Source: Candidatus Latescibacterota bacterium
Lineage (GTDB): Bacteria > Latescibacterota > UBA2968 > UBA8231
Length of the DNA stretch: 64,000 bases
Direction of reading: 5' to 3'
NCBI GenBank assembly: GCA_965217585.1
Contig: OZ244561.1
Coordinates: forward strand, 2,720,001 to 2,784,000
Positions 28,874 to 38,404 of the stretch are shown piece after piece (positions within the stretch are counted from its first letter, which is position 1; each line of letters starts with the position of its first letter). The notes under the pieces were generated by a model. The model did not search any database, was not told the DNA's origin, and saw only the letters and a program-made list of their open reading frames with translations. The position numbers and the translations under genes are program-made.

Positions 28874-29152
28874 GACATGCTCCGGGTTGAAAGGGTCGTC
28901 AAAGGGTATTCCCTCTTTCCGCTCTAGTCAATGGCGTTCCGGATGTGTCTTTATCCATCTCGCTTGTATGCGATTACCTTCCTATTCCCCACCACCAATC
29001 TCTCGTTCCAGTTGTTCGAGCAGCGATTCCTCGTGTTCCCTTGGGTCGCAATACGCGCTTGACCACTTTGAGCAGCCTAGGATCGCCATAGAGCCGCTTG
29101 CTGAACTCGTACTCCACATCTCCACCAGCGACCGCTTCTTAGAAGATAGCGT

Positions 29153-32100
29153 CTAGTCTTCTCTGGGCAGCACGACGATAGAATGCACCAGTTTGGTCGC
29201 CTCGTCGCCTTGGGCGAGGTGTACCACCAGCTTTTTGCGGCCGTTGTGCTCGCCGGTTGAGAGATCGGCTTCGAGGCGATAGGTCTGGTCGTCTATTCGT
29301 TGCAACGGCAATGCCTCGGGGCCGTCCAGCGCGGCCAGATTGGCCGTTAGCTGAGCTGGCTCCGCGTCTGCTACCTGCCGCCGGAGGCGAATCGTCGAAC
29401 GCAAGGATAGCGCTGCGCCGGCGAGCAGGGTGTCGGGCGGGGGGTTTTCCCACGTGCCCTGGAGGGGGCTGGCCTCAATGCGGAAGATGGCTTGGGTGTT
29501 TTCGTCGCTGGTCAAATAGAGGCGTCCGGCCTCGTCGGTAATTAGCCCAACGGGCTTACCCCACACGTTAGCGGAATTAAAAGAGAAAAAACCGAAGAGC
29601 CCACCCAATCCGGCATCCCCGTTGTCCTCGCTGGAATCGAGCCGGAAGCCGGTGAGAAAGTCGGCGACGCGGGCGTTGGACCCATCCGGCTCGGCAAAGA
29701 GCGCCATGACCTTGTAGCCGGGATCGTTGCCCAAGACACCAGCGCGACAGGCGACAAATGCGGCGTGTTTGTACTGAGGAGGAAACTGGTCGCGCTCGTA
29801 GAAATGCAGCGCCATGGGTGCCAAGTGGGCGGGAATGAGGACGGCTGGAGTATCCATGTTGGCAACCAACAGCGAATCGGCACCGGTCAGCGGAAAGATC
29901 GACCTTCGGTAGGAGGAGAAATCGGTCCAGACTTTGTCCCCGTAAGCAAATGGCCAGCCATAGAAGCCGCCGTCGCGGAGGGGGGTGATCCACTCCGGCG
30001 GCAGGTTTGGGCCCTCGCGATCGTGCCCGGTGTTGGCAGCCCACAGTTCGCCGGTGATGGGATGCAAGTCGAGGCCGATGGCATTGCGCAACCCAGAGGC
30101 ATAGATCCGCCGACCCGTGCCATCGGCGTTCATCTGTATGACCGCGGACCGTTCTGGATCGTCTTCGCGGCAGATGTCGCAACCTGAGCCAATGTGGAAG
30201 TAGAGCTTGTCGTTGGACTCGTCGAAAACCAGCGTATGCGTCACGTGCTCAACGGGACGGCCCATGAAACCGGGCACCTCGGCGAAGACGGTGCGCTCCT
30301 CGTAAAAGCCGTCCGCGTCCCGGTCTTCGAGGCGGTAGATCGCATCGTCATCGGCGACGAAGAGCGCCTCTTGGTAGAAGGCGATGCTGTGGGGCCAGTT
30401 GAGGTCATCGACCGCTTTGTACACGGTGTCGGCGCGGCCATCGCCGTCTTTGTCGGGCAAGGCCAATACTGTGCCTTGGCGACCGGGGACCGGGGCCCAT
30501 GTATGCCGAGGCTTCATGTTGGCCACGTGTAGGACGCCTTGGTCGTCCCAAGCCATAAAGCGGGCTTTATCTACTTGGTCGGAGAAGAGTTTGACCTTAA
30601 AGCCGGGCGGGAGATTGAGCGTGCGGTCGGGGAGACCTTCAACCGGCACTGGTTCGAGGTGGAGGTCGATCTTGGGCGTTAAGCGGATCTGACTGGGAGC
30701 GTCCTCGCCGCGGAGCGTGGCGAGATACTCGTCGAACCCTTCGCGCGAGCCGTGCCGGCGCTCGTACAGCGCGACTAGGGCCGCTTGGCAGGGGTTGGAC
30801 CCCCAGCTTCGGACCTCGAGGCCGGCGCTGTAGGCGTCCGCCGCCTTGTCGAGCCAAGTGCCGGCTGCCTCGACGTCATCCCGAGCTTCGGCCTCGGTCG
30901 CCATGTGCTCGAACACTTGGCCTAAGTGATAGTGAGCACGGGTATTTCCCCGCGAAAACTCCAGTGCCCGCTCGATCTCGTTGCGGCCTTCCTCGACGCG
31001 ACCCGCTTTGTAGAGAGCCCACCCGAGGGCGTCGTGGACGAAGCCCAAGTAAAAGTTCAGCCGACCCTCCCCCTCCGCTTCCTCTTCGGCCCTATCGAGC
31101 ATGGCTTGTATGACACTCTGAGCGAGTTCGGCCGCCTCCTCGGCGTACGGCGTGCGGTCGGCCATCAAGATAAGGGCACTGTACGTTAGATGCGGGTTGA
31201 GCCGCTCGTACCGGACCAAGCCGCGCACTGCCTCGGCGAGTTCCTCGGCCGGAACCGGGTTCATGGCGCTTAGGGCACTGAAGAGCGCTCGGTGCGCCCG
31301 CTCGCGGAAGCTATCGTCGTAGAGGGGTTTTTCGAGAAACCGAAAGGCCGCGTCGCAGATGAGGCGAAGCCGATTTTGGTACTCCGGCGCGTCCTTGCGG
31401 CCGATGCGCTCCAACTCGGACTGTAATCGTTGGTACTCCTGTTGGAACTTCCCTTGGTGGATTCGCGACGCATGGCGACTCGCGGGAGCTTGCGTCAGCA
31501 GCTTCGCCTCGAACGCCGCCGCCTGCTCTTCGTCCCCGAGTACGTTCCTATAAGCCCTGGTGAGCAGGGCGAGGCCGCGTATGGTCTCTGGCACGGCCTG
31601 CCGATACGCGGCGATGCTGGCCTCAATGGCGGGGCGTCGCTCCTCGTCGGGGAGTTGATCCGTCTCGTTGAGAATCTGCCAATGCAAATAGCGCACATGC
31701 GCGGAGCCCGGCGCGAGGCGAACGGCCTCTTCGATCAGCGGGAGCGCCTCCTGAGGCTTGTTGGACCGGTATAGCTGTTCCGCGGCTTGAAAGTAGCCGC
31801 TGACGTGATCGGGCCAACGCGCTCGCAGCGTGGCCAAGGTAGCGAGGCTTGTGTCCGCATAGGAGGGATCCTCCAGTACGTACTGTGCCATGTACTCGAG
31901 TTCCGCGCGGGCATAGAGGACTTCGGGATGCTGGCGGGTCTCCGCATCCACTGAGTCCAGAAATGCCATCCCCGCTTCCGCATTTCTGAACCGATGCGCC
32001 TGAAGGTACGTCGCGGCAAACTCCGGCCGGGGAAGCAGCTTCCAAGCGCGTAGGCTGGACTCGGTCGCCTCGTTGGAATACCGCCAGTCCCCCCCCAGAA

Positions 32101-32428
32101 ACGCGAGTGCTTGCGCGTAGAGTCCCCACGGGTTGTCCGGCTCCCGTTCCAAGATCGCGTCGGCTTGCTCCTGGATCTCTCGGTGCCCGTACAACTGTCC
32201 GTGTAGCTGACGCGCGTAGAGTGCCCGCAGCTCGGCGTCCTCCGGCGCGCGGCTCGTCCATTCACGACCGAGTACGGCTCCCGCCTCGAACGTCCACAAC
32301 CGATTGTGCTGGCGCAGTTTTGCTTTCGCCGCTTCCAGCTCTTGGGGCGAATAGTTTTGCTCGGCTTCGCTCGCGGTACAGACGCAGACGCTCATCAATC
32401 CGATGAGACTGCCGATCAAAGACTTCAT
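29153..32428 (-). CDS. Secreted TPR protein fused to a glucose/sorbosone dehydrogenase-like beta-propeller, plus an extra C-terminal domain (copy A)
   Basis: Signal-like N-terminus, TPR motifs (DALGWALYKAG, AHYHLG), LPPGFKV, DKDGDGRAD, GLRNAIG, GGFYGWP, GKPVG. Confidence 0.85.
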   Translation of the reverse strand: MKSLIGSLIGLMSVCVCTASEAEQNYSPQELEAAKAKLRQHNRLWTFEAGAVLGREWTSRAPEDAELRALYARQLHGQLYGHREIQEQADAILEREPDNPWGLYAQALAFLGGDWRYSNEATESSLRAWKLLPRPEFAATYLQAHRFRNAEAGMAFLDSVDAETRQHPEVLYARAELEYMAQYVLEDPSYADTSLATLATLRARWPDHVSGYFQAAEQLYRSNKPQEALPLIEEAVRLAPGSAHVRYLHWQILNETDQLPDEERRPAIEASIAAYRQAVPETIRGLALLTRAYRNVLGDEEQAAAFEAKLLTQAPASRHASRIHQGKFQQEYQRLQSELERIGRKDAPEYQNRLRLICDAAFRFLEKPLYDDSFRERAHRALFSALSAMNPVPAEELAEAVRGLVRYERLNPHLTYSALILMADRTPYAEEAAELAQSVIQAMLDRAEEEAEGEGRLNFYLGFVHDALGWALYKAGRVEEGRNEIERALEFSRGNTRAHYHLGQVFEHMATEAEARDDVEAAGTWLDKAADAYSAGLEVRSWGSNPCQAALVALYERRHGSREGFDEYLATLRGEDAPSQIRLTPKIDLHLEPVPVEGLPDRTLNLPPGFKVKLFSDQVDKARFMAWDDQGVLHVANMKPRHTWAPVPGRQGTVLALPDKDGDGRADTVYKAVDDLNWPHSIAFYQEALFVADDDAIYRLEDRDADGFYEERTVFAEVPGFMGRPVEHVTHTLVFDESNDKLYFHIGSGCDICREDDPERSAVIQMNADGTGRRIYASGLRNAIGLDLHPITGELWAANTGHDREGPNLPPEWITPLRDGGFYGWPFAYGDKVWTDFSSYRRSIFPLTGADSLLVANMDTPAVLIPAHLAPMALHFYERDQFPPQYKHAAFVACRAGVLGNDPGYKVMALFAEPDGSNARVADFLTGFRLDSSEDNGDAGLGGLFGFFSFNSANVWGKPVGLITDEAGRLYLTSDENTQAIFRIEASPLQGTWENPPPDTLLAGAALSLRSTIRLRRQVADAEPAQLTANLAALDGPEALPLQRIDDQTYRLEADLSTGEHNGRKKLVVHLAQGDEATKLVHSIVVLPRED

Positions 32429-35400
32429 AGGGCAAATACCTTTAGAAAGGGTTTTGAGACGGCTCTTCCCAGAGAAGATGCGTGCGGCAGGTTGGACAGA
32501 CATGGAAGCTCCGGTGGTTTGAGGCCCTGCTGTTTAAACATAAGGAAACGGGATTTTGCGGCAGACGTTTCATTAATTCAGGGTTTAGAAGCTATCTGAA
32601 AACTCAATGCGGAAGATGGCTTGGGTGATTTCGTCGCTGGTCAAATAGAGGCGTCCGGCCTCATCAGTAGTCAATCCGACCGGCTTACCCCACACGTTCC
32701 CGGTATTAAAAGAGAAAAAACCGAAGATCGTACCCCTGTTAGCATCCTCGTCGGAGGCGAGCCGGAAGCCGGTGAGAAAGTCGGCGATGCGGGCGTTGGA
32801 CCCATCCGGCTCGGCAAAGAGCGCCATGACCTTGTAGCCGGGATCGTTGCCCAAGGCACCCGCGCGGCAGGCGACAAACGCGGCGTGTTTGTACTGAGGG
32901 GGAAACTGGTCGTACGTGTAGAAATGCAGCCCCATCAGCGCCAAGTGGGCGGGAACGAGGACGGCTGGAGGCTCCATGTTGGCGACCAACAGCGAATCGG
33001 CGCGAGTCAGTGGAAAGATCGACCTGTGGTAGGCGCGAATGGAGAAATCGGTCCAGACCCGGTCGGCATAAGCCAACGGCCAGCCATAGAAGCCGCCATC
33101 GCGGAGGGGGGTGATCCACTCCGGCGGCAAGTCCCGTCCCTCGCGGTCGTGCCCAGTGTTGGCACCCCACAGCTCGCCGGTGATCGGGTGCAAGGTGAGG
33201 CCGATGGCATTGCGCAGGCCAGAAGCAAAGATCCGCCGACCCGTGCCGTCGGTGTTCATCTGTATGATCGCGGACCGTTCCGAGTCGTCTTCGCGGCAGA
33301 TGTCGCAACTCGCGCCAACGTGGAAGTAGAGCTTGTCGTTGGATTCGTCGAAAACCAGCGTATGCGTTACGTGCTCAGAGGCTAGGCCCATAATGCCGGG
33401 TACTTCAGCGAAGACGGCGCGCTCCTCGTAGAAGCCGTCCGAATCCCGGTCTTCGAGGCGGTAGATGGCATCGTCGTCGGCGACGAAGAGTGCGCCTTGG
33501 TAGAAGGCGATGCTGTGGGGCCAACGCAGGTCAGCGGCGGCCTTGTACACGGTGTCGGCGCGGCCATCGCCGTCTTTGTCGGGCAAGGCCAACACCGTGC
33601 TTTGGCGGCCGGAGGCCGGGCTCCATGTATTGCCCCTCTGCGGCTTCATGTTGGCTACGTGCAGGACGCCTTGGTCGTCCCAAGCCATAAAGCGGGCTTT
33701 ATCTACTTGGTCGGAGAAGAGTTTGACCTTAAAGCCGGGCGGGAGGTTGAGGGTGCGGTCGGGGAGCCCCTCGACAGGGGTTGGTTCGAGGTGGAGGTCA
33801 ACCTTGGGCGTTAAGCGGATCTGACCGGGAGAGTCCTCGCCGCGGAGCGTGGCGAGATACTTGTCGAACCCTTCGCGCGAGCCGTTCCGGCGCTCGTACA
33901 GCGCGACTAAGGCCGCCTGGCAGGGGTTGGGCCCCCAGCTTCGGACCTCGAGGCCGGCGCTGTAGGCGTCCGCCGCCTTGTCGAGCCAAGTGCCGGCTGC
34001 CTCGACGTCATCCCGAGCCTCGGCCTCGCTCGCCATGTGCTCGAACACCTGGCCTAAGTGATAGTGAGCACGGGTGTTTCTCTCCCAGAACTCCAGTGCC
34101 CGCTCGATCTCGTTGCGGCCTTCCTCGATACGACCCGCTTTGTAGAGAGCCCACCCAAGGGCGTCGTGGACGAGGCCCAGGTAGTAGTCCGGTCGCTCCT
34201 CCCACGCTTCCTCTTCGGCCTTATCGAGCGTGGCTTGTATGAGGCCCCGAGCGATTGCTGCCGCCTCCTCGGCGTACGGCGTGTGGTCGGCCATCAAGAT
34301 AAGGGCGCTGCACGTTAGGCGCGGGTTGAGCCACTCCTCGTACTGGACCAAGCCGCGAACCGCCTCGGCGAGTTCCTCGGTCGGAACCGGATTCATGGCG
34401 CTTAGGGCACTGAAGAGCGCTCGGTACGCCCGCTCGCGGAAGCTATCGTCGTAGAGGGGTTTTTCGAGGAACTGATAGGCCGCGTCGCAAATGAGGAGAA
34501 GCTGATCTTGGTACTCCGGCGCGTCCTTGCGACCGATGAGGTCCAACTCGGACTGTAATCGTCGGTATTCCTGTTGGAACTTCTCTTGGTGGATCCGCGA
34601 CGCATGTGGACCCGCGGGAGCCCGCGCCAGCAGCTTCGCCTCGAACGCCGCCGCCTGCTCTTCGTCCTCGAGTACGTTCCTATAAGCCGTGGTGAGCATG
34701 GCGAGGCCGCGTACGGTTTCCGGCACGGCCTGCCGATACGCGGTGATGCTGGCCTCAATGGCGGGGCGTCGCTCGTCGGCGGGAAGCTGGTCCGTGTCGT
34801 TGAGAATCTGCCAATGCAAATAGCGCACATCGGCGGAGCCCGGAGCGAGGCGAACAGCCTCTTCGATCAGCGGGAGGGCCTCCTGCGGCTTGTTGGACCG
34901 GTAGAGCTGTTCCGCAGCCCGAAAGTAGCCGCTGACGTGATCGGGCCAATACTCTCGAAGTGTGGCCAAGGTAGCGAGGCTCGTGTCCGCATAGGCGGAA
35001 TCCTCCAGCATGTACTGTGCTCGGTACTCGAGTTCCGCGCGGGCATGGAGGACCTCGGGATGCTGGAGCGTTGCCGCATCCACTGAGTCCAGAAATGCCA
35101 TCTCCGCTTCCGGGTCTCTGAACCGAAGCGCCTGAAGGTGCGTCGCGGCAAACTCCGGTCGGGGCAGCAGCCTCCAAGCGCGCAGGCTGGACTCGGCCGC
35201 CTCCTCGGAATACTGCCAGTCCGCCCCCAGAAACGCGAGTGCTTGCGCGTAGAGCCCCCACGGGTTGTCCGGCTCCCGTTCCAAGATCGCGTCAGCTTGC
35301 TCTTGGATCTCTCGGCTCCCGTACAACTGCCCGTGTAGCTGACGCGCGTAGAGCGCCCGTAGCTCGGCGTCCTCCGGTGCGCGGCTCGTCCATTCACGAC

Positions 35401-35692
35401 CGAGTACGGCTCCCGCCTCGAACGTCCACAACCGATTGTGCGCGCGCAGTTCCGCTTTCGCCGCTTCCAGCTCTTGGGGCGAGTAGTGTTGCTCGGTTTC
35501 GCTCGCGGTGCAGACGCAGACGCTCAACATCAATCCGATGAGACTGCCGATCAAAGACTTCATAAGGCAAATACCTTTAGAAAGGGTTTTGAGACGGCTC
35601 TTCTTAGAGACGATGCGTGAGTAGGCTGGACAGACACGGAAACTCCGGTGGTTTGAGGCTCTGCTATTCAAACATAAGGAAACGGGATTTTG
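29474..35692 (-). repeat. ~3.1-kb tandem duplication (29474-32558 and 32603-35692), including upstream non-coding DNA
   Basis: Near-identical DNA by eye, e.g. 'aacataaggaaacgggattttg' ends both units. Confidence 0.9.
32585..35563 (-). CDS. Tandem paralog of the TPR + sorbosone dehydrogenase-like gene (copy B), ending after the propeller
   Basis: Colinear with copy A from MKSLIGSLIG to AIFRIE, then FSDSF and stop. Confidence 0.85.
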   Translation of the reverse strand: MKSLIGSLIGLMLSVCVCTASETEQHYSPQELEAAKAELRAHNRLWTFEAGAVLGREWTSRAPEDAELRALYARQLHGQLYGSREIQEQADAILEREPDNPWGLYAQALAFLGADWQYSEEAAESSLRAWRLLPRPEFAATHLQALRFRDPEAEMAFLDSVDAATLQHPEVLHARAELEYRAQYMLEDSAYADTSLATLATLREYWPDHVSGYFRAAEQLYRSNKPQEALPLIEEAVRLAPGSADVRYLHWQILNDTDQLPADERRPAIEASITAYRQAVPETVRGLAMLTTAYRNVLEDEEQAAAFEAKLLARAPAGPHASRIHQEKFQQEYRRLQSELDLIGRKDAPEYQDQLLLICDAAYQFLEKPLYDDSFRERAYRALFSALSAMNPVPTEELAEAVRGLVQYEEWLNPRLTCSALILMADHTPYAEEAAAIARGLIQATLDKAEEEAWEERPDYYLGLVHDALGWALYKAGRIEEGRNEIERALEFWERNTRAHYHLGQVFEHMASEAEARDDVEAAGTWLDKAADAYSAGLEVRSWGPNPCQAALVALYERRNGSREGFDKYLATLRGEDSPGQIRLTPKVDLHLEPTPVEGLPDRTLNLPPGFKVKLFSDQVDKARFMAWDDQGVLHVANMKPQRGNTWSPASGRQSTVLALPDKDGDGRADTVYKAAADLRWPHSIAFYQGALFVADDDAIYRLEDRDSDGFYEERAVFAEVPGIMGLASEHVTHTLVFDESNDKLYFHVGASCDICREDDSERSAIIQMNTDGTGRRIFASGLRNAIGLTLHPITGELWGANTGHDREGRDLPPEWITPLRDGGFYGWPLAYADRVWTDFSIRAYHRSIFPLTRADSLLVANMEPPAVLVPAHLALMGLHFYTYDQFPPQYKHAAFVACRAGALGNDPGYKVMALFAEPDGSNARIADFLTGFRLASDEDANRGTIFGFFSFNTGNVWGKPVGLTTDEAGRLYLTSDEITQAIFRIEFSDSF

Positions 35693-35932
35693 ACGTTCAA
35701 ACTCGTAAAAAGGTTGCGGCGAACGGTATTGGATCAATCCGTCCGCCGCTTTTGCTTGACCGGGCCGGAGGCCACCACTCCCCCGGCCCGGGTTGCGGCG
35801 GACGGGATTAGGTCAATTCGTCCGGTCCGTCGCTTTTGCTTTTGCCGTTCGTTGCTGGTTATCAGGGCCCGCGAATGGCGGGGGACCTACGATAGTATAT
35901 CCGTTTGAAATTTGCCGGAAGTCGCCGCTAGG

Positions 35933-36403
35933 TCAGCGCATCGCCCTTGCTTTAAGCGATCCCCAAGTGACGGCCTTGACCGCGGTCTCAGGATCGCCAG
36001 CTATTACTAGGGTATTCCGACTCGCGTATTTCCCCATTACGCCGTCAACTTCGACCTCCGCCACCAACCGGAACTCGCCGGGCATGTCCGGGGTCATGCC
36101 GCAAAATGAGCTGCCGGTACGCTCTGTTCCCGCCACGTCGCTCCATGCGGAATCCCCTCCTTTGCGCATCTGCCACTTGGTAGCGCGGATAGAATACCTC
36201 GTGTCGTTGATGGTGAAGCCTCCGACCGCGAAGCACCCTGAGCCTGAGACGTAGGTGAAAGCGCCCACCACCAATTTGAATTCTCCATCTTCAAAGTAGA
36301 ACGCGACTCCTGAATTTTCGGTCACTTCGAGCCAGTCAACGGGCGTGTATTCATCCGCGAAAGCGGTGGACGCCAGCGCAAGCAGCAAAACGATAGCCTT
36401 CAT
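35933..36403 (-). CDS. Small secreted protein with a C-terminal TAVxxxTWGxLK motif
   Basis: RBS AAGGAG, signal peptide MKAIVLLLALASTAFA, ends TAVKAVTWGSLKARAMR. Confidence 0.8.
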   Translation of the reverse strand: MKAIVLLLALASTAFADEYTPVDWLEVTENSGVAFYFEDGEFKLVVGAFTYVSGSGCFAVGGFTINDTRYSIRATKWQMRKGGDSAWSDVAGTERTGSSFCGMTPDMPGEFRLVAEVEVDGVMGKYASRNTLVIAGDPETAVKAVTWGSLKARAMR

Positions 36404-36588
36404 GATAGTACTCCTTCGGGTTATGAGATGTTGGACGAACCAATCGAGCAATTCCAAGAAAATTGGCGGATGAAATGCTAGAGCTGGTTTCAAAACCGCC
36501 TTAATGTGATAAGCATACCCAAGGGCCTGGGGCCTCCTTTCCTTTATGTGTCGCCCTTGTTGGCGTGAAAGCGTAAGAAAAGGGCCGG

Positions 36589-37383
36589 TTATATGGCCGA
36601 GAATAGGAAAGGGTTCGGCCGTTTGGAGGTGTAGAAGACTTCTACAAAGCGCCACATCGTCCGCTCTGGATCCCAGACCAGCCGACAGAAGAAAGGAGTG
36701 CAGACCGGGCCTTCCGACCCGGCGAACTCGGCCGGCTCTTCGGTGACAAACGCGATGTCGGTGAAAACTCGCTTCTCGCCCGCTCGTAGCGCTGCTTCAA
36801 CCTCTTTTTGCAATTTGAATCTGCTCTTGACAACGTTCCTCGGGTACGACCGATAGCGCTCGTATTGGCCCTGCATCTCGAACACCTTGAACGTGCTGTG
36901 GCGAAAGAAGGCGTTGCCAAAGCAGTATTCCCCTTGGTGGTCAAGTATGGCTCGGTGCATGGCACGGAAGAGGTCTAAGGGCGTGTCGCCTTGGGGGATG
37001 TCCCAGCTTTTTAGGGTCTCTTGCATGTGCTGCAAGGCCGTGGGATTGTTGGCACCCTCGCGGAGGTAAAACTCGGCGACGAGGCTGTCGTTGCCGGAGA
37101 CGGAGAAGGCGACGAGAAAGTCGTAGAGCCAGTCGCGCAGGTCGGTTTCTTGCGCGGGGGTGATGGAAATGTCCGTCGCGACGGGGATGGATTCGATGGC
37201 CTGCCACAACGTGGGACCGGCTTTGACTTGGATCTTCTTCGCGGTATGGACATAGTCAAGCAAGCCTTGGAGCTTGTCGAGGCGGGGCTCAAAGCCGCCA
37301 TGGGGATACTTGGTCTCGACGGCCGTTGCGCTGGAGACGGTAATCAGCGCGAGAGATAGGATGCGAATGGCTAAGGGTTGCAT
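36589..37383 (-). CDS. Hypothetical secreted protein
   Basis: RBS GGAGGG, signal peptide MQPLAIRILSLALITVSSATA. Confidence 0.75.
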   Translation of the reverse strand: MQPLAIRILSLALITVSSATAVETKYPHGGFEPRLDKLQGLLDYVHTAKKIQVKAGPTLWQAIESIPVATDISITPAQETDLRDWLYDFLVAFSVSGNDSLVAEFYLREGANNPTALQHMQETLKSWDIPQGDTPLDLFRAMHRAILDHQGEYCFGNAFFRHSTFKVFEMQGQYERYRSYPRNVVKSRFKLQKEVEAALRAGEKRVFTDIAFVTEEPAEFAGSEGPVCTPFFCRLVWDPERTMWRFVEVFYTSKRPNPFLFSAI

Positions 37384-37434
37384 GATGCCCTCCTTTGTAG
37401 AAGAGTGCGGGTTGTTGCTTCGGTAAGCACTACC

Positions 37435-37449
37435 GCAACTATCGTGCCA
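37435..37449 (-). promoter_or_regulatory. Sigma-54 (-24/-12) promoter
   Basis: Minus strand TGGCACGATAGTTGC matches the consensus TGGCACG-N4-TTGC, ~50 bp upstream of the 37383 start. Confidence 0.8.
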
Positions 37450-37596
37450 ATGGAGGGAGGGAGCGGTCGCCAATCGCGCTGATTACTCTATCTTATTTAT
37501 CTAACTTCCTGTTAAATAATACTTTATTAAAAGTAAGATAATTTTTATCTGTCTCTCAAACTTTGGCAGTATCCGCCGTTTTGATGATCTGACTAC

Positions 37597-37638
37597 TGTA
37601 CGCGAGCGGACAGCAGGTGTACGCAAGCGGACAGCAGG
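37597..37638. repeat. Two tandem 21-bp direct repeats
   Basis: tgtacgcgagcggacagcagg / tgtacgcaagcggacagcagg. Confidence 0.85.
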
Positions 37639-37696
37639 GGTTGGTAGTGCATCCGTTTGAATTTCAAATGAATACGCTACTGGCCCTAGGCGATCC

Positions 37697-37729
37697 TTGA
37701 CAGAGGGTGATGGTATCATTTTGATAGCA
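37697..37729 (+). promoter_or_regulatory. TTGACA box and inverted-repeat operator of the TA pair
   Basis: TTGACA at 37697; TGGTATCA-ttt-TGATAGCA at 37711-37729, immediately before the ATG. Confidence 0.55.
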
Positions 37730-37731
37730 GT

Positions 37732-37962
37732 ATGAAATCACTACATATCAGAGACGTGGATCCCAACATTCTGGCTGCCCTGAAACGGCTGGCCAAGAGC
37801 CACCGTCGCTCGCTCCAGGGAGAGCTGCATACAATACTGGAGCGGGCCGCTCGCACTGCTCCGCCTGAACAGCCAGAGGCGATGTCGTGGATCACGGTGG
37901 AGACCGGCCGATCCACACCGACATGGTCTCGAAGCGAGATCTACGATGACGACGGCAGGTGA
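37732..37962 (+). CDS. FitA-like ribbon-helix-helix antitoxin
   Basis: MKSLHIRDVD...LKRLAKSHRRSLQGEL..IL; ends SRSEIYDD. Confidence 0.85.
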   Translation: MKSLHIRDVDPNILAALKRLAKSHRRSLQGELHTILERAARTAPPEQPEAMSWITVETGRSTPTWSRSEIYDDDGR

Positions 37963-38404
37963 GATCCTGTTCGCCGACACCAACGTGTTCCTGTCGGCCA
38001 CAGACCGTTCGCGCAAGCACCACGCCGAGGCTCGGGAACTATTGCAAGCGGCAGGAGAAGGCAAAGCGGTTCTGGCCGTCAGCGGTCAGATAATCCGCGA
38101 ATACCTCGTGGTCGCCACGCGTCCTGTCGAAGTCAACGGTCTCGGCTTGGCCGCGGAAGACGCGTTGAAGAATATCGATGTCTTTACCCGCCCGCCTTTC
38201 CTATTCTGCGAGGAGTCAGAGAGGGTGGCCCGCCGCCTTCGGGATCTCGTGCAGACGCATCGCCTGACGGGCAAGCGCGTCCACGACGGCAACATCGTGG
38301 CGACCATGCTCGCGGAGGGGATCGATCGTCTGATCACCGAGAATGCGGGAGACTTTGCCTCCTTCAAAGAGATCGAAGCCATCGGGCTGGCATTTATGAG
38401 ATAG
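37946..38404 (+). CDS. PIN-domain (VapC/FitB-like) toxin
   Basis: FADTNV, QIIREY, HDGNIVATM, TEN..DF; overlaps the antitoxin. Confidence 0.9.
   Translation: MTTAGEILFADTNVFLSATDRSRKHHAEARELLQAAGEGKAVLAVSGQIIREYLVVATRPVEVNGLGLAAEDALKNIDVFTRPPFLFCEESERVARRLRDLVQTHRLTGKRVHDGNIVATMLAEGIDRLITENAGDFASFKEIEAIGLAFMR

Noticed and set aside
28930-29152. Possible decayed continuation of copy A's C-terminal domain
   Set aside because: Only a weak impression across a stop and frameshift; not supportable without an alignment.
35564-35737. Longer N-termini for the TPR-dehydrogenase paralogs (track starts 35737 and 32503)
   Set aside because: The extensions differ in start position between copies, while both share MKSLIGSLIG, a signal-like start with AAAGG upstream.
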